From: Octopus bimaculoides
Lineage: Eukaryota
DNA length: 64,000 bases
NCBI RefSeq assembly: GCF_001194135.2
Contig: NC_068982.1
Coordinates: forward strand, 29,470,356-29,534,355
Direction of reading: 5' to 3'
Made by a program: the position numbers and the translations under genes. The notes under the pieces were generated by a model that searched no databases, was not told where the DNA came from, and saw only the letters and a list, made by a program, of their open reading frames with translations. Below are positions 12,767 to 25,800 of this stretch, one piece after another. Within the stretch, counting starts at the first letter, position 1, and each line of letters starts with the position of its first letter.

Positions 12767-13574
12767 GCCCTTACCCATCAATGGCTAATGGCCTCTGGCT
12801 TGAAATCAGAAACAGAGGGGTTTATCATAGCAGCCCAAGATCAATGCCTACCTACAAAGAACTACCAGGCCAACATATTAAAGAACTGCAGCTCCCCATT
12901 ATGTTGTATATGCCAACAACAAAATGAGACTATCGATCATGTTGTCTCCATGTGCAGTCTGCTTGCGCCTACAGNNNNNNNNNNNNNNNNNNNNNNNNNN
13001 NNNNNNNNNNNNNNNNNNNNNNNNNNNNNNNNNNNNNNNNNNNNNNNNNNNNNNNNNNNNNNNNNNNNNNNNNNNNNNNNNNNNNNNNNNNNNNNNNNNN
13101 NNNNNNNNNNNNNNNNNNNNNNNNNNNNNNNNNNNNNNNNNNNNNNNNNNNNNNNNNNNNNNNNNNNNNNNNNNNNNNNNNNNNNNNNNNNNNNNNNNNN
13201 NNNNNNNNNNNNNNNNNNNNNNNNNNNNNNNNNNNNNNNNNNNNNNNNNNNNNNNNNNNNNNNNNNNNNNNNNNNNNNNNNNNNNNNNNNNNNNNNNNNN
13301 NNNNNNNNNNNNNNNNNNNNNNNNNNNNNNNNNNNNNNNNNNNNNNNNNNNNNNNNNNNNNNNNNNNNNNNNNNNNNNNNNNNNNNNNNNNNNNNNNNNN
13401 NNNNNNNNNNNNNNNNNNNNNNNNNNNNNNNNNNNNNNNNNNNNNNNNNNNNNNNNNNNNNNNNNNNNNNNNNAGGAATAACACCTACATGAACTTCTAA
13501 CTTGTTGTCTCTTGAGGTCTCTGGGTGAGACTTGGATCCAACTTGTACAAATGCAAAACAAAAGTCAAACATAA

Positions 13575-13629
<55 letters not shown>
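12764..13629 (+). mobile_element. R4/Dong-like element, copy 3 (CCHC knuckle, assembly gap, 3' UTR)
   Basis: LKSETEGFIIAAQDQ...CCICQQQNETIDHVVSMC; sequence after the gap ends in (AAT)n then (AGA)n. Confidence 0.8.
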
Positions 13630-13658
<29 letters not shown>

Positions 13659-13706
13659 AAGAAGGTACATGGGTTTGCAGTGTATAGGTGCAGGTGTTGC
13701 TACATC

Positions 13707-13872
13707 ATAGGCACAGGAATGTTTGTGTGGTTAAGAAGCTTGCTTCCCAACAATGTATTCTTGGGCTCAGTCTCACTGCATGGCACCCACAGCGACTGCT
13801 TTCTACTGCTGCTTTGGGCTGAGCAAAGCTTTGTGAGTGGATTTGGTAGATGGAAGCTAAAAGAAGCCTATT

Positions 13873-13909
<37 letters not shown>

Positions 13910-14135
13910 TGAATGTATATCTTTGTGTGGGTCTTTGTGTTTGTCCCCCATTACCTGTTGACAACTGTCATTGGTTTGTTTATGTCCTTATAATTTAGAA
14001 GTTCACCAAAAGTGACCAACAGAATAAGTACCAGGCTTGAAGAAAAATAACTACTGGGGTTGATTTCTTTGAATAAACCCCAGGACAGTGCCACAGTATG
14101 GCCACAGTCCAATGACTGAAGCAAGTATAAAATGT
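13707..14135 (+). mobile_element. SINE family A, near full length, internal (CA)n
   Basis: Head, central domain, microsatellite and 3' tail ...CATGGCCACAGTCCAATGACTGAAGCAAGTA, as in 45768-46205. Confidence 0.8.
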
Positions 14136-14329
14136 GAGATAGAACTCACCCATTCTAATTGAATTGAAATTTGTCTCAAGCACAAGGGTATGTCACTATC
14201 ATTGATTTTTTTTATATAAGATTATAAAGTTAGCATTAAAAATGTGTGCAAATAACTAGAAATCAGTTCAGACGGTTTCTTATGAAGAAAACATTTTGCA
14301 AACAACATTTCATAAGATTCTCAAGTGCA

Positions 14330-15250
14330 CATCAAACAAGATAATGCTTACGTATATAGTTTTGTAAAGCATGCTTGTAAAATTTGGTCAAGCAAATTAA
14401 TTTCCACTTCATTTCAAAGTTTATATTATTGCTTTTGAGACTCCATAGGAAATTTTACCAACCTGTGTCACCGATTTTAAGTTAGTTCTGAAATGAATAA
14501 AGATGCTGAAAATAGCAAGCTTTAGAATAATTTGGTATATGGTTTTGACGTAAGATTTGTTTTGACACTGGCGCAGTAAATGATATCTTTCTTAGTAAAT
14601 GAACATTTTAATAGACATTGATTCATGTATGTACAATTACAAGCTGGAGGCTGCCAGATAATAGGAAAATTGTATAGATTGAATCAGTTATTACGAGACA
14701 AAGATTATTCTGAATTTAGAATGGTTGAATAAGATACGCTCAGGGAGTTATTAAAAATTTTTAAATACACATGGTCAGCAATTTAATGACAGTTAAAAAT
14801 TCTTCACCATGGAGCGTGAAACCTCTTGGTTGAAAGGAAGGCTAAACCAATATATTATCCAACTTATAGTTTTATATTTTGCAATGCAATTTAATTGGAT
14901 CTTATATATGTTTAAACTATTCATTGAATTTACTATGTTGTGGAAAAAGCATCATAAAACACATTTTCAATAATGGAGGGGATAGAGATATGTAAGGATA
15001 TATTTGTAATGAATTTGTTTAAGGTATTTTTAAGTAAGTTAAAACGTAATGGAGTAACTCCATAGGTTTTCTGAAAGGTAAAAACAGTGAATTGTTTTGG
15101 CTGAAGTGAAAGTAACATGGAGATACTTGATTATTTTAAGATTTGATTCACCCAATACCTGTAAGTTAAATTCCTGAGAAAGCTTATGGAATTTTTTCAG
15201 AAATCTTTCATTTAAAGTTTCTGAATATATGATCATTTGCCTATATAATA
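14330..15250 (-). mobile_element. Penelope-like element relic (RT C-terminus to GIY-YIG region)
   Basis: LYR...NERFLKKFHKLSQEFNLQVLGESNLKIIKYLHVTF (PLE RT motif region); SIPSIIEN; downstream LWSLKSNNINFEMKWKLI (PLE endonuclease C-terminal motif). Confidence 0.65.
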
Positions 15251-15334
15251 TATACATCCAAGGTTATACACACACATACAAATAAACACACACACACACA
15301 CATTCACACATATCAAGTGTAATATATATGTATA

Positions 15335-15411
<77 letters not shown>

Positions 15412-15739
15412 GCAAATATAATATGCATATATAAATATACATCAAATACACACATGCACACGCACACATACGTGCACACATATATATACAGGATTAATTA
15501 GATACTCCACTATCAATATAATATATATATATGATGCACACCCAATTGATTCTTTTAATTTCTAATTTCTGCAATCTTATCCTATACTTAACATTATTTT
15601 ATTTCATTTACTCAATATTTAATGCAATACATCATTTTATTATCTTAAAAGGATGCATATGTATGCATGTATGTACGTATGTATGTATGTATGTATGTAC
15701 GTATGTATGTACGTATGTATGTATGTATGTATGTTTTTA

Positions 15740-15784
<45 letters not shown>

Positions 15785-16174
15785 GTAAATCAGTTTTATC
15801 ACTGAGTGAAACTTTGAACTGTCAACTATTAATTTAATACTCAACATATTTGGTTGTTAATTGATGACTTTTAAAAACCTCTTGATCTGAAATATAAATG
15901 TAATGCATTATCCTAACATCAAGCACACCCACATGCTTTATAAATGAATTTACCAAATCAAATCCATTCTCAGATGTAACATTCTTCAGCTAACTATTTA
16001 TAACGTACTTAATTTAGTATGAAATTTTTACATTGGATGGTTAAATATATATTGTGGAAATGTCCTTAATACAATAATGTAATATAACCTGAAAATATTC
16101 TTTCACCCTAATTTTGAATTTATTTTTACTGTATCATATCTTAAACATCCAACATACGATTTTATTTATAATAA

Positions 16175-16205
<31 letters not shown>

Positions 16206-16211
16206 AGAAAT

Positions 16212-16429
16212 AATTCTTTCTGCTAAAGGCTGAATACCTGAAATTTTGGTGGGAGAGGACTAAACGATTACATTGACCCCAGTATTTCATTGGTACCTAA
16301 TTTATCGACTCAGAAAGGATGAAAGGCAAAGTTGACCGAAGTTGAATTTGAACTCAAAACTTAAAGATGGATAAATTGCTGCTTAGTGTTTTACCCAGTG
16401 TGCTAATGATTCTGCCAGCTCCCTACCTT
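16212..16429 (-). mobile_element. SINE family C
   Basis: AAAGGATGAAAGGCAAAGTTGACC...AATTTGAACTCA...GTGTGCTAATGATTCTGCCAGC; homologues at 26860, 45100, 45330, 49450 and 63650. Confidence 0.75.
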
Positions 16430-17149
16430 AATGACACAGATAATAACGATGATGATGGTGGTGGTGGAGGTGGTGGTGGTCATAATGACAATCAAAACAT
16501 CAACAACAACAATAATAATTCCTTTTTTATTGGCCACAAGGCCTGTACACAAAAGTAAAGGACAATACAATACAAAGACAGTGGGGACTTAGATACAGTG
16601 CATGTAAAGAGTGAAAAATAATAACAATTAACAATAAAAATTCAAACAATAAATTCCCCAAAAGTGGGGAAACTCCACCCAAGTGCACCCAATGAACTCC
16701 CCTCATTCTGGACACCTCAAATACTAAGGGCACCTCAATGTTTAAAGAAGATTCAAGAGACAGATTCAATGATGGTACATATGCATTACTTTTGATGAAA
16801 ATTATGTTGATTATCTCTGTAAAGAGGGAGAGTTACTCTATCAACATGTTTAATATGAATGACCTCCTATATCAGTTAATAAAAAAAGTTATACTTGCTT
16901 TCACATTACTTTCTGTATAACCTGCTTTTCTACAATAGCTCAGGACTGACCAAAGACTTGTGAGTAGATCTGGTACACAGAAATTGAAAGAAGCTTATTG
17001 TGTGTGTGTATGTGTGTGCACATGCACGCATGTGTGTGTGTGTTTGTGCATATGTGTATGTATGCATATATATATTATGTATGTACACATCTATCTATGT
17101 ATCTCACTCTCTCTCTATACACACACACATATATATGTATCTATCTGTC

Positions 17150-17451
17150 TATCTCGCAGACACGCGCTGAGACTGCGACATCTCCGGCTCTACGTAGACA
17201 GCGGTGAACAGGTGTGGTCACCGTTTGTGCGGCGCGCTTTCCCGCAGCTCGTCTCCATGACCGAACTGCAGTCATGGATCAAGAAGAGGCCGAGGAAGGG
17301 CGAATGGCACCGCGAGTGTCGCGCTGCTCTTTGGCAACTCCAACAACCCGGGTCAACCTTGAGCGACTGCATCACAACTAACGCATTCTATAGTGGATTA
17401 GTGGAGGGAAGGTACGACGACGATCTCGGGGTGAACCTGGGCGTCGACGAG
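17150..17451 (+). mobile_element. 5'-truncated L1/Tx1-like ORF2 fragment, copy 2, running into a gap
   Basis: Open frame RRHALRLRHLRLYVDSGEQVWSPFVRRAFPQLVSMTELQSWIKKRPRKGEWHRECRAALWQL...; about 96% identical to 1-236; 5' end joined to CTATCTGTCTATCT. Confidence 0.6.
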
Positions 17452-18387
17452 NNNNNNNNNNNNNNNNNNNNNNNNNNNNNNNNNNNNNNNNNNNNNNNNN
17501 NNNNNNNNNNNNNNNNNNNNNNNNNNNNNNNNNNNNNNNNNNNNNNNNNNNNNNNNNNNNNNNNNNNNNNNNNNNNNNNNNNNNNNNNNNNNNNNNNNNN
17601 NNNNNNNNNNNNNNNNNNNNNNNNNNNNNNNNNNNNNNNNNNNNNNNNNNNNNNNNNNNNNNNNNNNNNNNNNNNNNNNNNNNNNNNNNNNNNNNNNNNN
17701 NNNNNNNNNNNNNNNNNNNNNNNNNNNNNNNNNNNNNNNNNNNNNNNNNNNNNNNNNNNNNNNNNNNNNNNNNNNNNNNNNNNNNNNNNNNNNNNNNNNN
17801 NNNNNNNNNNNNNNNNNNNNNNNNNNNNNNNNNNNNNNNNNNNNNNNNNNNNNNNNNNNNNNNNNNNNNNNNNNNNNNNNNNNNNNNNNNNNNNNNNNNN
17901 NNNNNNNNNNNNNNNNNNNNNNNNNNNNNNNNNNNNNNNNNNNNNNNNNNNNNNNNNNNNNNNNNNNNNNNNNNNNNNNNNNNNNNNNNNNNNNNNNNNN
18001 NNNNNNNNNNNNNNNNNNNNNNNNNNNNNNNNNNNNNNNNNNNNNNNNNNNNNNNNNNNNNNNNNNNNNNNNNNNNNNNNNNNNNNNNNNNNNNNNNNNN
18101 NNNNNNNNNNNNNNNNNNNNNNNNNNNNNNNNNNNNNNNNNNNNNNNNNNNNNNNNNNNNNNNNNNNNNNNNNNNNNNNNNNNNNNNNNNNNNNNNNNNN
18201 NNNNNNNNNNNNNNNNNNNNNNNNNNNNNNNNNNNNNNNNNNNNNNNNNNNNNNNNNNNNNNNNNNNNNNNNNNNNNNNNNNNNNNNNNNNNNNNNNNNN
18301 NNNNNNNNNNNNNNNNNNNNNNNNNNNNNNNNNNNNNNNNNNNNNNNNNNNNNNNNNNNNNNNNNNNNNNNNNNNNNNNNNNNNNNN

Positions 18388-18425
<38 letters not shown>

Positions 18426-18457
18426 TATATATATACATATATTCATACATACATACA

Positions 18458-18493
<36 letters not shown>

Positions 18494-18589
18494 TGCGCAG
18501 TGCATGTGCATGTGAGTGATGTGTGTTTGAAGTGTGATGTGTTTAAGCACATGTGTGTATATACGGTGATGAGCATATGTGTCTGTATG

Positions 18590-18801
18590 TGTCCGCATGG
18601 TGGAAGAGTAGTGTGGACAGTGTTTATACAGAACAAGTGAAAGCAAATTAGAATCAAGAAGCAACATAGAAAAGGCTGTGCAGGAAGGAAGATGTCAAGT
18701 ATATACTAGCCAGAAGAAGCCAAAAGTAGAAGGCTTGCTTATGTTCAGTACTGTGAGCATGAGTAATGAAAAGCATTGATATAGCAAGATAGCAAGCTAG
18801 C

Positions 18802-18855
<54 letters not shown>

Positions 18856-19200
18856 TTATGAACTAAAATGTCATCAAAGAAACAAGCAGCTATCTGATAT
18901 CACACTTATAAACAGGGCCAGAGATAGAGGACGGACAAAGTAATGAAAGTGCTATAATAATGTTGAATAAGGGCCATAAGTAAGTAAGAAATTACACCAA
19001 ATGAACCCAGCAGAGAAGACAGGTATTGATGTTAACTACATTAAGTAAGGCTATTAAAGTAATGAAGTCAGAAGAAATTGCAGACTCATTAGAAATATCT
19101 GCCAGGTGCACACTAGCTATTTACTTAATTAATCTGGTTAAGAAGGCAGTTACATTAGTTACTTTAATGTTGAAGGTGCAGGTAAGGTGTAGTGTAGGTG
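18590..19200 (+). mobile_element. Fragmented, old RTE LINE ORF remnant interrupted by (TG)n
   Basis: WWKSSVD...KYILARRSQK and LSKAIKVMKSEEIADSLEISA resemble the RTE endonuclease-RT linker. Confidence 0.4.
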
Positions 19201-19318
19201 GAAGCAATTCGGTATTCTCTGATAAGTATACAGTTGCATATTCTATTGAAGTGTCAGAAGTATTTCAGAAATGAAATCTTAGACTTTTCATGCTGATGTA
19301 TGTCTTTGCTATAATGGG

Positions 19319-19361
<43 letters not shown>

Positions 19362-19378
19362 CATGTGCGTGCGCGTAA

Positions 19379-19410
<32 letters not shown>

Positions 19411-19651
19411 ATGTATGAATGTATGCATGCATGCATGCATGTATGTATGTATGTATGTATGTATGAATGTATGCATGCATGCATGCATGTATGTATGTAT
19501 GTATGTATGTCTTTTATCTTTCACTTGCTTCAGTCATTAGACTGAGGCCATGCTGGGGTACTGCCTTGAACAATTTGTTTTAGTCAAATGTATCGGTTCC
19601 AGTACTTTTTTAGATATTCACACACCAACACCAGTTGTTAAGTGGTGGTGA

Positions 19652-19705
<54 letters not shown>

Positions 19706-20371
19706 NNNNNNNNNNNNNNNNNNNNNNNNNNNNNNNNNNNNNNNNNNNNNNNNNNNNNNNNNNNNNNNNNNNNNNNNNNNNNNNNNNNNNNNNNNNNNNN
19801 NNNNNNNNNNNNNNNNNNNNNNNNNNNNNNNNNNNNNNNNNNNNNNNNNNNNNNNNNNNNNNNNNNNNNNNNNNNNNNNNNNNNNNNNNNNNNNNNNNNN
19901 NNNNNNNNNNNNNNNNNNNNNNNNNNNNNNNNNNNNNNNNNNNNNNNNNNNNNNNNNNNNNNNNNNNNNNNNNNNNNNNNNNNNNNNNNNNNNNNNNNNN
20001 NNNNNNNNNNNNNNNNNNNNNNNNNNNNNNNNNNNNNNNNNNNNNNNNNNNNNNNNNNNNNNNNNNNNNNNNNNNNNNNNNNNNNNNNNNNNNNNNNNNN
20101 NNNNNNNNNNNNNNNNNNNNNNNNNNNNNNNNNNNNNNNNNNNNNNNNNNNNNNNNNNNNNNNNNNNNNNNNNNNNNNNNNNNNNNNNNNNNNNNNNNNN
20201 NNNNNNNNNNNNNNNNNNNNNNNNNNNNNNNNNNNNNNNNNNNNNNNNNNNNNNNNNNNNNNNNNNNNNNNNNNNNNNNNNNNNNNNNNNNNNNNNNNNN
20301 NNNNNNNNNNNNNNNNNNNNNNNNNNNNNNNNNNNNNNNNNNNNNNNNNNNNNNNNNNNNNNNNNNNNNNN

Positions 20372-20402
<31 letters not shown>

Positions 20403-22047
20403 GTCATAAGAATCTAGAAACTTTGAGAGACATGAAATATGCTGTTTTTAATGGTGGAACTTGAAATAGAAAAATCTATAAATTATGGCATGAAAATATT
20501 GAATGGAAAAAATCTTGGATGGGAAAAGTTGAAGGATACCATGTAACTTGAACCCACATTTTCTGCAACCTTGTATACATATACACACATATGCAAACAC
20601 ATGTTTATAAAGAGAGAGATTCACGCAGATAAAGAATCAGATTGATAAATAGATAGGAAAAACAATAAATATAACTGGGGTAAAAAAAAAACTAAATGAA
20701 ACAACAACATAATAGATTAAAGGTTGAAGCAAAAATTTTTTTGCCACACATAAATATTACTGAAAAGAAACAGAGATAAACCCAATTCTTTCTATAGGTA
20801 TTAGCTAGTGTATGTGTGTTTGTGTGTACTTGCTCATTTTACACCTGGCTTTTTCTCCAAGCTTGTTTAAGTTGGATGAATATTTCATTAGAGGCAATGT
20901 TTTACAGCCAGATATCCTTCTTCATTTTAAACCTTACCTGTGTTTCAAGTTAAGGGATTACTTAATCTGTACAAGATTGAAGGTGTAAAGTGTATGGAGA
21001 ATTTGTAGACAAAAGGAACTAACAATAACACAGCTCATCATGCTTTTGTACAATCAATTACTGACATAATAAAATGAGCAGACACATGCATGTATATGTG
21101 TATGTGTGTGTGTGTGTGTACCCAAAGTATGTAGTATACATGCATACATGCACTCAAACATGCGCTCATATATACGTGTGCACATGTACATACAACATGT
21201 ATGCATATATATGTGTATGTGTGTGTGTGAAAGAGAGAGAGAGAAACAGAGAGAGAAAGCATAAGTAAAAAGAAGAAAATTTCAAGTTTTAACCTACTGT
21301 ATAGAAAACATGTTAAAAAGAAAAAGAGTAGCTAAAACCTAAATGTTAGTGTTAGATAAGATTTTGGATAGCATAATGTCCAATTCTTTTCAATTCCTGC
21401 TTGAGCAATAACACCTCATATCATTTAAACACAACTAAAACCTCATAACTAGCCAATCCTTATCTTCCAAGCTCTTGCTTCAACAGCCAACTTGTAATTT
21501 CAGACCTACACAGAATTGTTTACTGAATCAGACATACATTCTCAGGCAGTAATATCCAAAGTTATTATAACACCATAAAATAAATGACAGTATCCAGAAA
21601 GAGCTATACTCATAGAGCATACATTTAAGAGTAGTTATAACCAGCACACCAATATAGGTTACACATATTTTTATATCCAGAAATGGAATGCATAACCTAT
21701 TTATGGTAGCATGTCTAGAAACTGAATAACAGCAGAGTCAAAAAAGTTATGATAGTGTGGAGTATACAAACAAAATAATGAATGTCTCAGCAACAGTGAA
21801 GCAATAAGATGTGTGTTATGTCTATCAGAGACATTTTATATTCTAACCCATAAATACAGTCACTGAACAGAAAGAATGACAGGAAAAATGCAAATACTGG
21901 ACAGAATTTTTGTTGAACCATTTTTAATTACAAAAAAGGCTAGATGTCATTGGGGTCCGGTGAGAGTGTCCTTCCTTTGAAAATAAACATCAGTCAGCTT
22001 CTTTTGATTTCCACCAACAGGTACTGAAGCTCATCATCTGAACTTAC

Positions 22048-22132
22048 TGAGAGGATTTCTCAGATCTAACAATGTTATCTAGCATTCTTGCCCAGACAAC
22101 TTGAATAAATGTCTCTCAAGAAACTCCTAAGC
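22048..22132 (-). CDS. Candidate exon (85 nt), possibly carrying the start codon of the 2273-2420 gene (MLDNIVRSEKSS...)
   Basis: Acceptor TTTATTTATTTGTATAAACTCCATAG|; consensus donor CA|GTAAGT; ATG at 22085 with A at -3 and an in-frame upstream TGA; ends in phase 2, matching the next exon. No homology support. Confidence 0.35.
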
Positions 22133-22397
22133 CTATGGAGTTTATACAAATAAATAAACTCTGCTATATTAATCTCAAAGCCATTTTCCTCATTTGAATT
22201 TTTAGATGTAAAATTTGAATTATGTACAGAGAGGGGGGGAGAAGGGGGAGAATGCATAGACATATATATATAATAAAAATGTATATAATTATGTTTGCTG
22301 TATATGCATTACATAATTATCATTAAGTGTGTGTATGACTCACACATCTATGTGAATAAAATGAACACATACAATCTATTCTGTCTGTTTGTGCATC

Positions 22398-22437
<40 letters not shown>

Positions 22438-23238
22438 CTAGAGAGAGAAAGGGGGAGAGAGGGAGAGAAATATAGAGAGAATGAGAGAAAGAGAGAGAGA
22501 GAGAGAGTGGGTGCATGTATGCAAATGACGACGGAAGAGGACGCTTAGAAATCTGTTAATTTCCAGTTAAATAATTATTCAATACTTAATTCCTATTCTT
22601 GATTGGGAAGGAAAGCTACCTTAGATTAATAAAAAAGAAAAGAAAACTATTTTCTTATTTACAAAATATTATTTAAATTTATATTTCATTCTAGCTTGAA
22701 TAATATGAAACATATGCCAATCCTGGAACATACAATAACTAAGTGTCAAGAATAAGAGAGAAAAATCCTCCTGGCCTTAATATATAGCAGTGAAACAGGA
22801 AATAGATAAAATATTTAAACATGCTTCAGTGAAATTTTCTTGGTTTATAACAAAAATAGTTAACAATAATGAAAAAAGAAATAACCAAATTTATTTTATT
22901 TGTACAAATATATGCAAGTTTAGGAATTTTTTTTTTAATGAAAGTATGTCAATGAAAATATATACACATTGGAAAATCAGTCAAGTTAGATGTACCTATA
23001 TGAATATGTATGAAAATGTGAGTATGCAACGGTATTTGTATCTGTCTTGTGTGCACATACATATAATATATGAACTTAAAATCATATCATGAGTGTTTGC
23101 CACAAATAAATGCAGTAATCCTCCACCCATTACTCTGCCTCTAAAGTTGAAAATAAATAATTTCATAGTCTGCCGTTTTCTAACTTGATGTGGTAAAGGA
23201 AAGGAAAGAACTTTCTTTATTAAAGAACATTTCTCAAA

Positions 23239-23282
<44 letters not shown>

Positions 23283-24294
23283 AAAATAAAAAAATAAACC
23301 AACAACTTTAACTAAATAAACAAAACAATCAATCAATAAATAAATAAATGAATTTCAGAAAGAGATGTGGTTCTGTTGTTTTTCATTAAGTTAAAGTTAC
23401 AGATGTAGAAAATTTAATAAAAATGGTAACACGTCTCCGAATATGAAATAGTAAATGTAATCAAAGAAACTTGATTCATATATTACAATATTTTTCAGTT
23501 GCATCATAAAATGTGTGCACATAAAAGTAATAAGAGTAAATTTATACAGATATACATGCTTATTTTTTATATACATTTATATATATATAAATGTATGCAG
23601 TGGTATATATAAATGTATGCAGTGGTATATATAAATCAGCATAAGCAGCTTTCTTATATACTTCCACACACACATGCACACATACATACACATACTCACA
23701 CACTCACACACAGGGACATACACACATGCATGCATGGATTCTTATATATTTTATATAGACATTCATATACTATGCACTGTATGTGTATGAACATATTTTA
23801 TTTAAAATCAACAAATTTATTTATTTTTTTCTGTAAGTGCATAAGCTTGAATATTTATGCCAGTATATTTATGCCCATGTATATATATATATATATCAAT
23901 ATGTTTCTCTATTGATTCACATACAAAACAAAATTTGTGTCAAGAAAATAAGTGTGAACAGGTACGACTGCAACAAGGGTGAGACTGTAAGGAAGTGGGT
24001 ACATAAATGAGCGTGTTTATGCTTACAGTTATCTGAGTAAATGAATATATTTTTACTGATGTAAATAGAATGAATTTTACAGTAGCTGCAAGAGATATTC
24101 CTATTAATATGATAATCCCTTTTTAGCCTATTATATTTTAAAGAATGCTCATTACATTATATTTTAATGAATTTCTTGTTTCCATTGTAAATAATTTCAA
24201 CAAGTCTTTTGTTTGCTCTCATTTCTTAATTCCAGATTGCTTCTGTGAATTTACAATTTTTGCAACTTCTGTTTTGAGTTTCTGTCTCCTGTTA

Positions 24295-24499
24295 CCAGGT
24301 ATGGCTGTGTGGTAAGAAGCTTGCTTCCCAACCACACTGTTCTGGGTTCAGTTCCATTATGCATTACCTTGGGTAAGTGTCTTCTGCTCTGGCCCAGGGA
24401 AAGCTAAAACCTTATGAGTGGATCTCCTTGATGGAAACTAAAAGAAGCACATAATGTGTATGTGTGTATAAATATACATACATATGTACATACATACAT

Positions 24500-24543
<44 letters not shown>

Positions 24544-24920
24544 TTATATATATATAATGTATATGTATATATGTGTATACATAATGTATATATAATGTAT
24601 ATATATATATATGTGTATATATAATGCAATACAAAAACGAAGACACAAATACATACATATATACATACATACGTATGCATGCATATGTATATGTATGTAC
24701 GTATGTATTTGTGTCTTTGTTTTTGTATTGCATTTGTCCCCCACCACATGTTGGTTTGTTTATGTCCCTGTAACTTAGCAGTTCAGCAAAAGAAACTAAC
24801 AGAATAAGTACCAGTCTTAAAAAATAAGTACTGGGGTTGATTTGTTTGACTAAAGCCTTCATGGTGGTGCCCCAGCATGGCCACAGTCCAATGACTGAAA
24901 CAACTAAAAAAATAAAAGGT
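24295..24920 (+). mobile_element. SINE family A with expanded internal (CA)/(TA)/(TACA) array
   Basis: Head and tail homologous to 45768-46205, separated by about 280 bp of simple repeats. Confidence 0.8.
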
Positions 24921-25516
24921 TTATTATGCAGAAACCTATTGTATGTAAATATCAGAAATGGATATTGCAACATAAATCACCAAACAAAGATATTTTCAAA
25001 GCGAGTAATTGCTTGCATGATCAAAGAATACTTTGAAGTACTTTGACTTTACCTAAGAACACAATAATAATAATAATAATAATAATAAGAAGAAGAATAA
25101 TAATAATAATAATAATAATAATAAGAATAATAATAACAATAACATTTTGCAATTGGATAGTCAGTGACTATATGGATCTTCCAGTGCTCAAGTTTGCTCT
25201 AAATCCTTCTAAGGTGTTTCAGTGCATTGAGTTTTTGCAATGGCTCTAAGGTTAAGATGTTGGAATACTGTTCTAACTCAGACAATATTCATTAGCAGAA
25301 ACAATTGTAGTAACAAAAGCTAACAAGCTATGCAATAACTTAATCTACTGGATACACTATGTAACTTCCCTTAAACCACACTCTACTGATTTAATAAAGA
25401 AAGGGTTTTGAACAATGTCGTTATAATCAGGGCTGTCTTGGCAACTTTATAGGTCCCAGGCAGATCAATGCACTGAGTTCTACAGTATTTCTTATTGACA
25501 GCAACCCACAACATAC

Positions 25517-25800
25517 ATCATCATCATCATCATCGTTTAACGTCCGCTTTCCATGCTAACATGGGTTGGACGATTTGACTGAGGACTGGTGAACTAGATG
25601 GCTACACCAGGCTCCAATCTGATTTGGCACAGTTTCTACAGCTGGATGCCCTTCCTAATGCTAACCACTCCGAGAGTGTAGTGGGTGCTTTTATGTGCCA
25701 CCGGCACGAAGGCCAGTCAGGCGGTACTGGCAATGGCTACGCTCGAAATGGTGTATTTTACGTGCCACCTGCACAGGAGCCAGTCCAGTGGCACTGGCAA
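25517..25800 (-). mobile_element. RTE-type 3' tail element
   Basis: (CAT)n CGTTTAACGTCCGCTTTCCATGCT... is the reverse complement of the 10490-10697 family. Confidence 0.8.

Noticed and set aside
14455-14520. Apparent small minus-strand exon
   Set aside because: Lies within the Penelope-like GIY-YIG relic.
22520-22565. ATGACGACGGAAGAGGACGCTTAGAAA: promoter-like (CRE/ETS) or hammerhead-like motif
   Set aside because: Short motifs only; C3 is missing for a ribozyme, and nothing independent supports a promoter.
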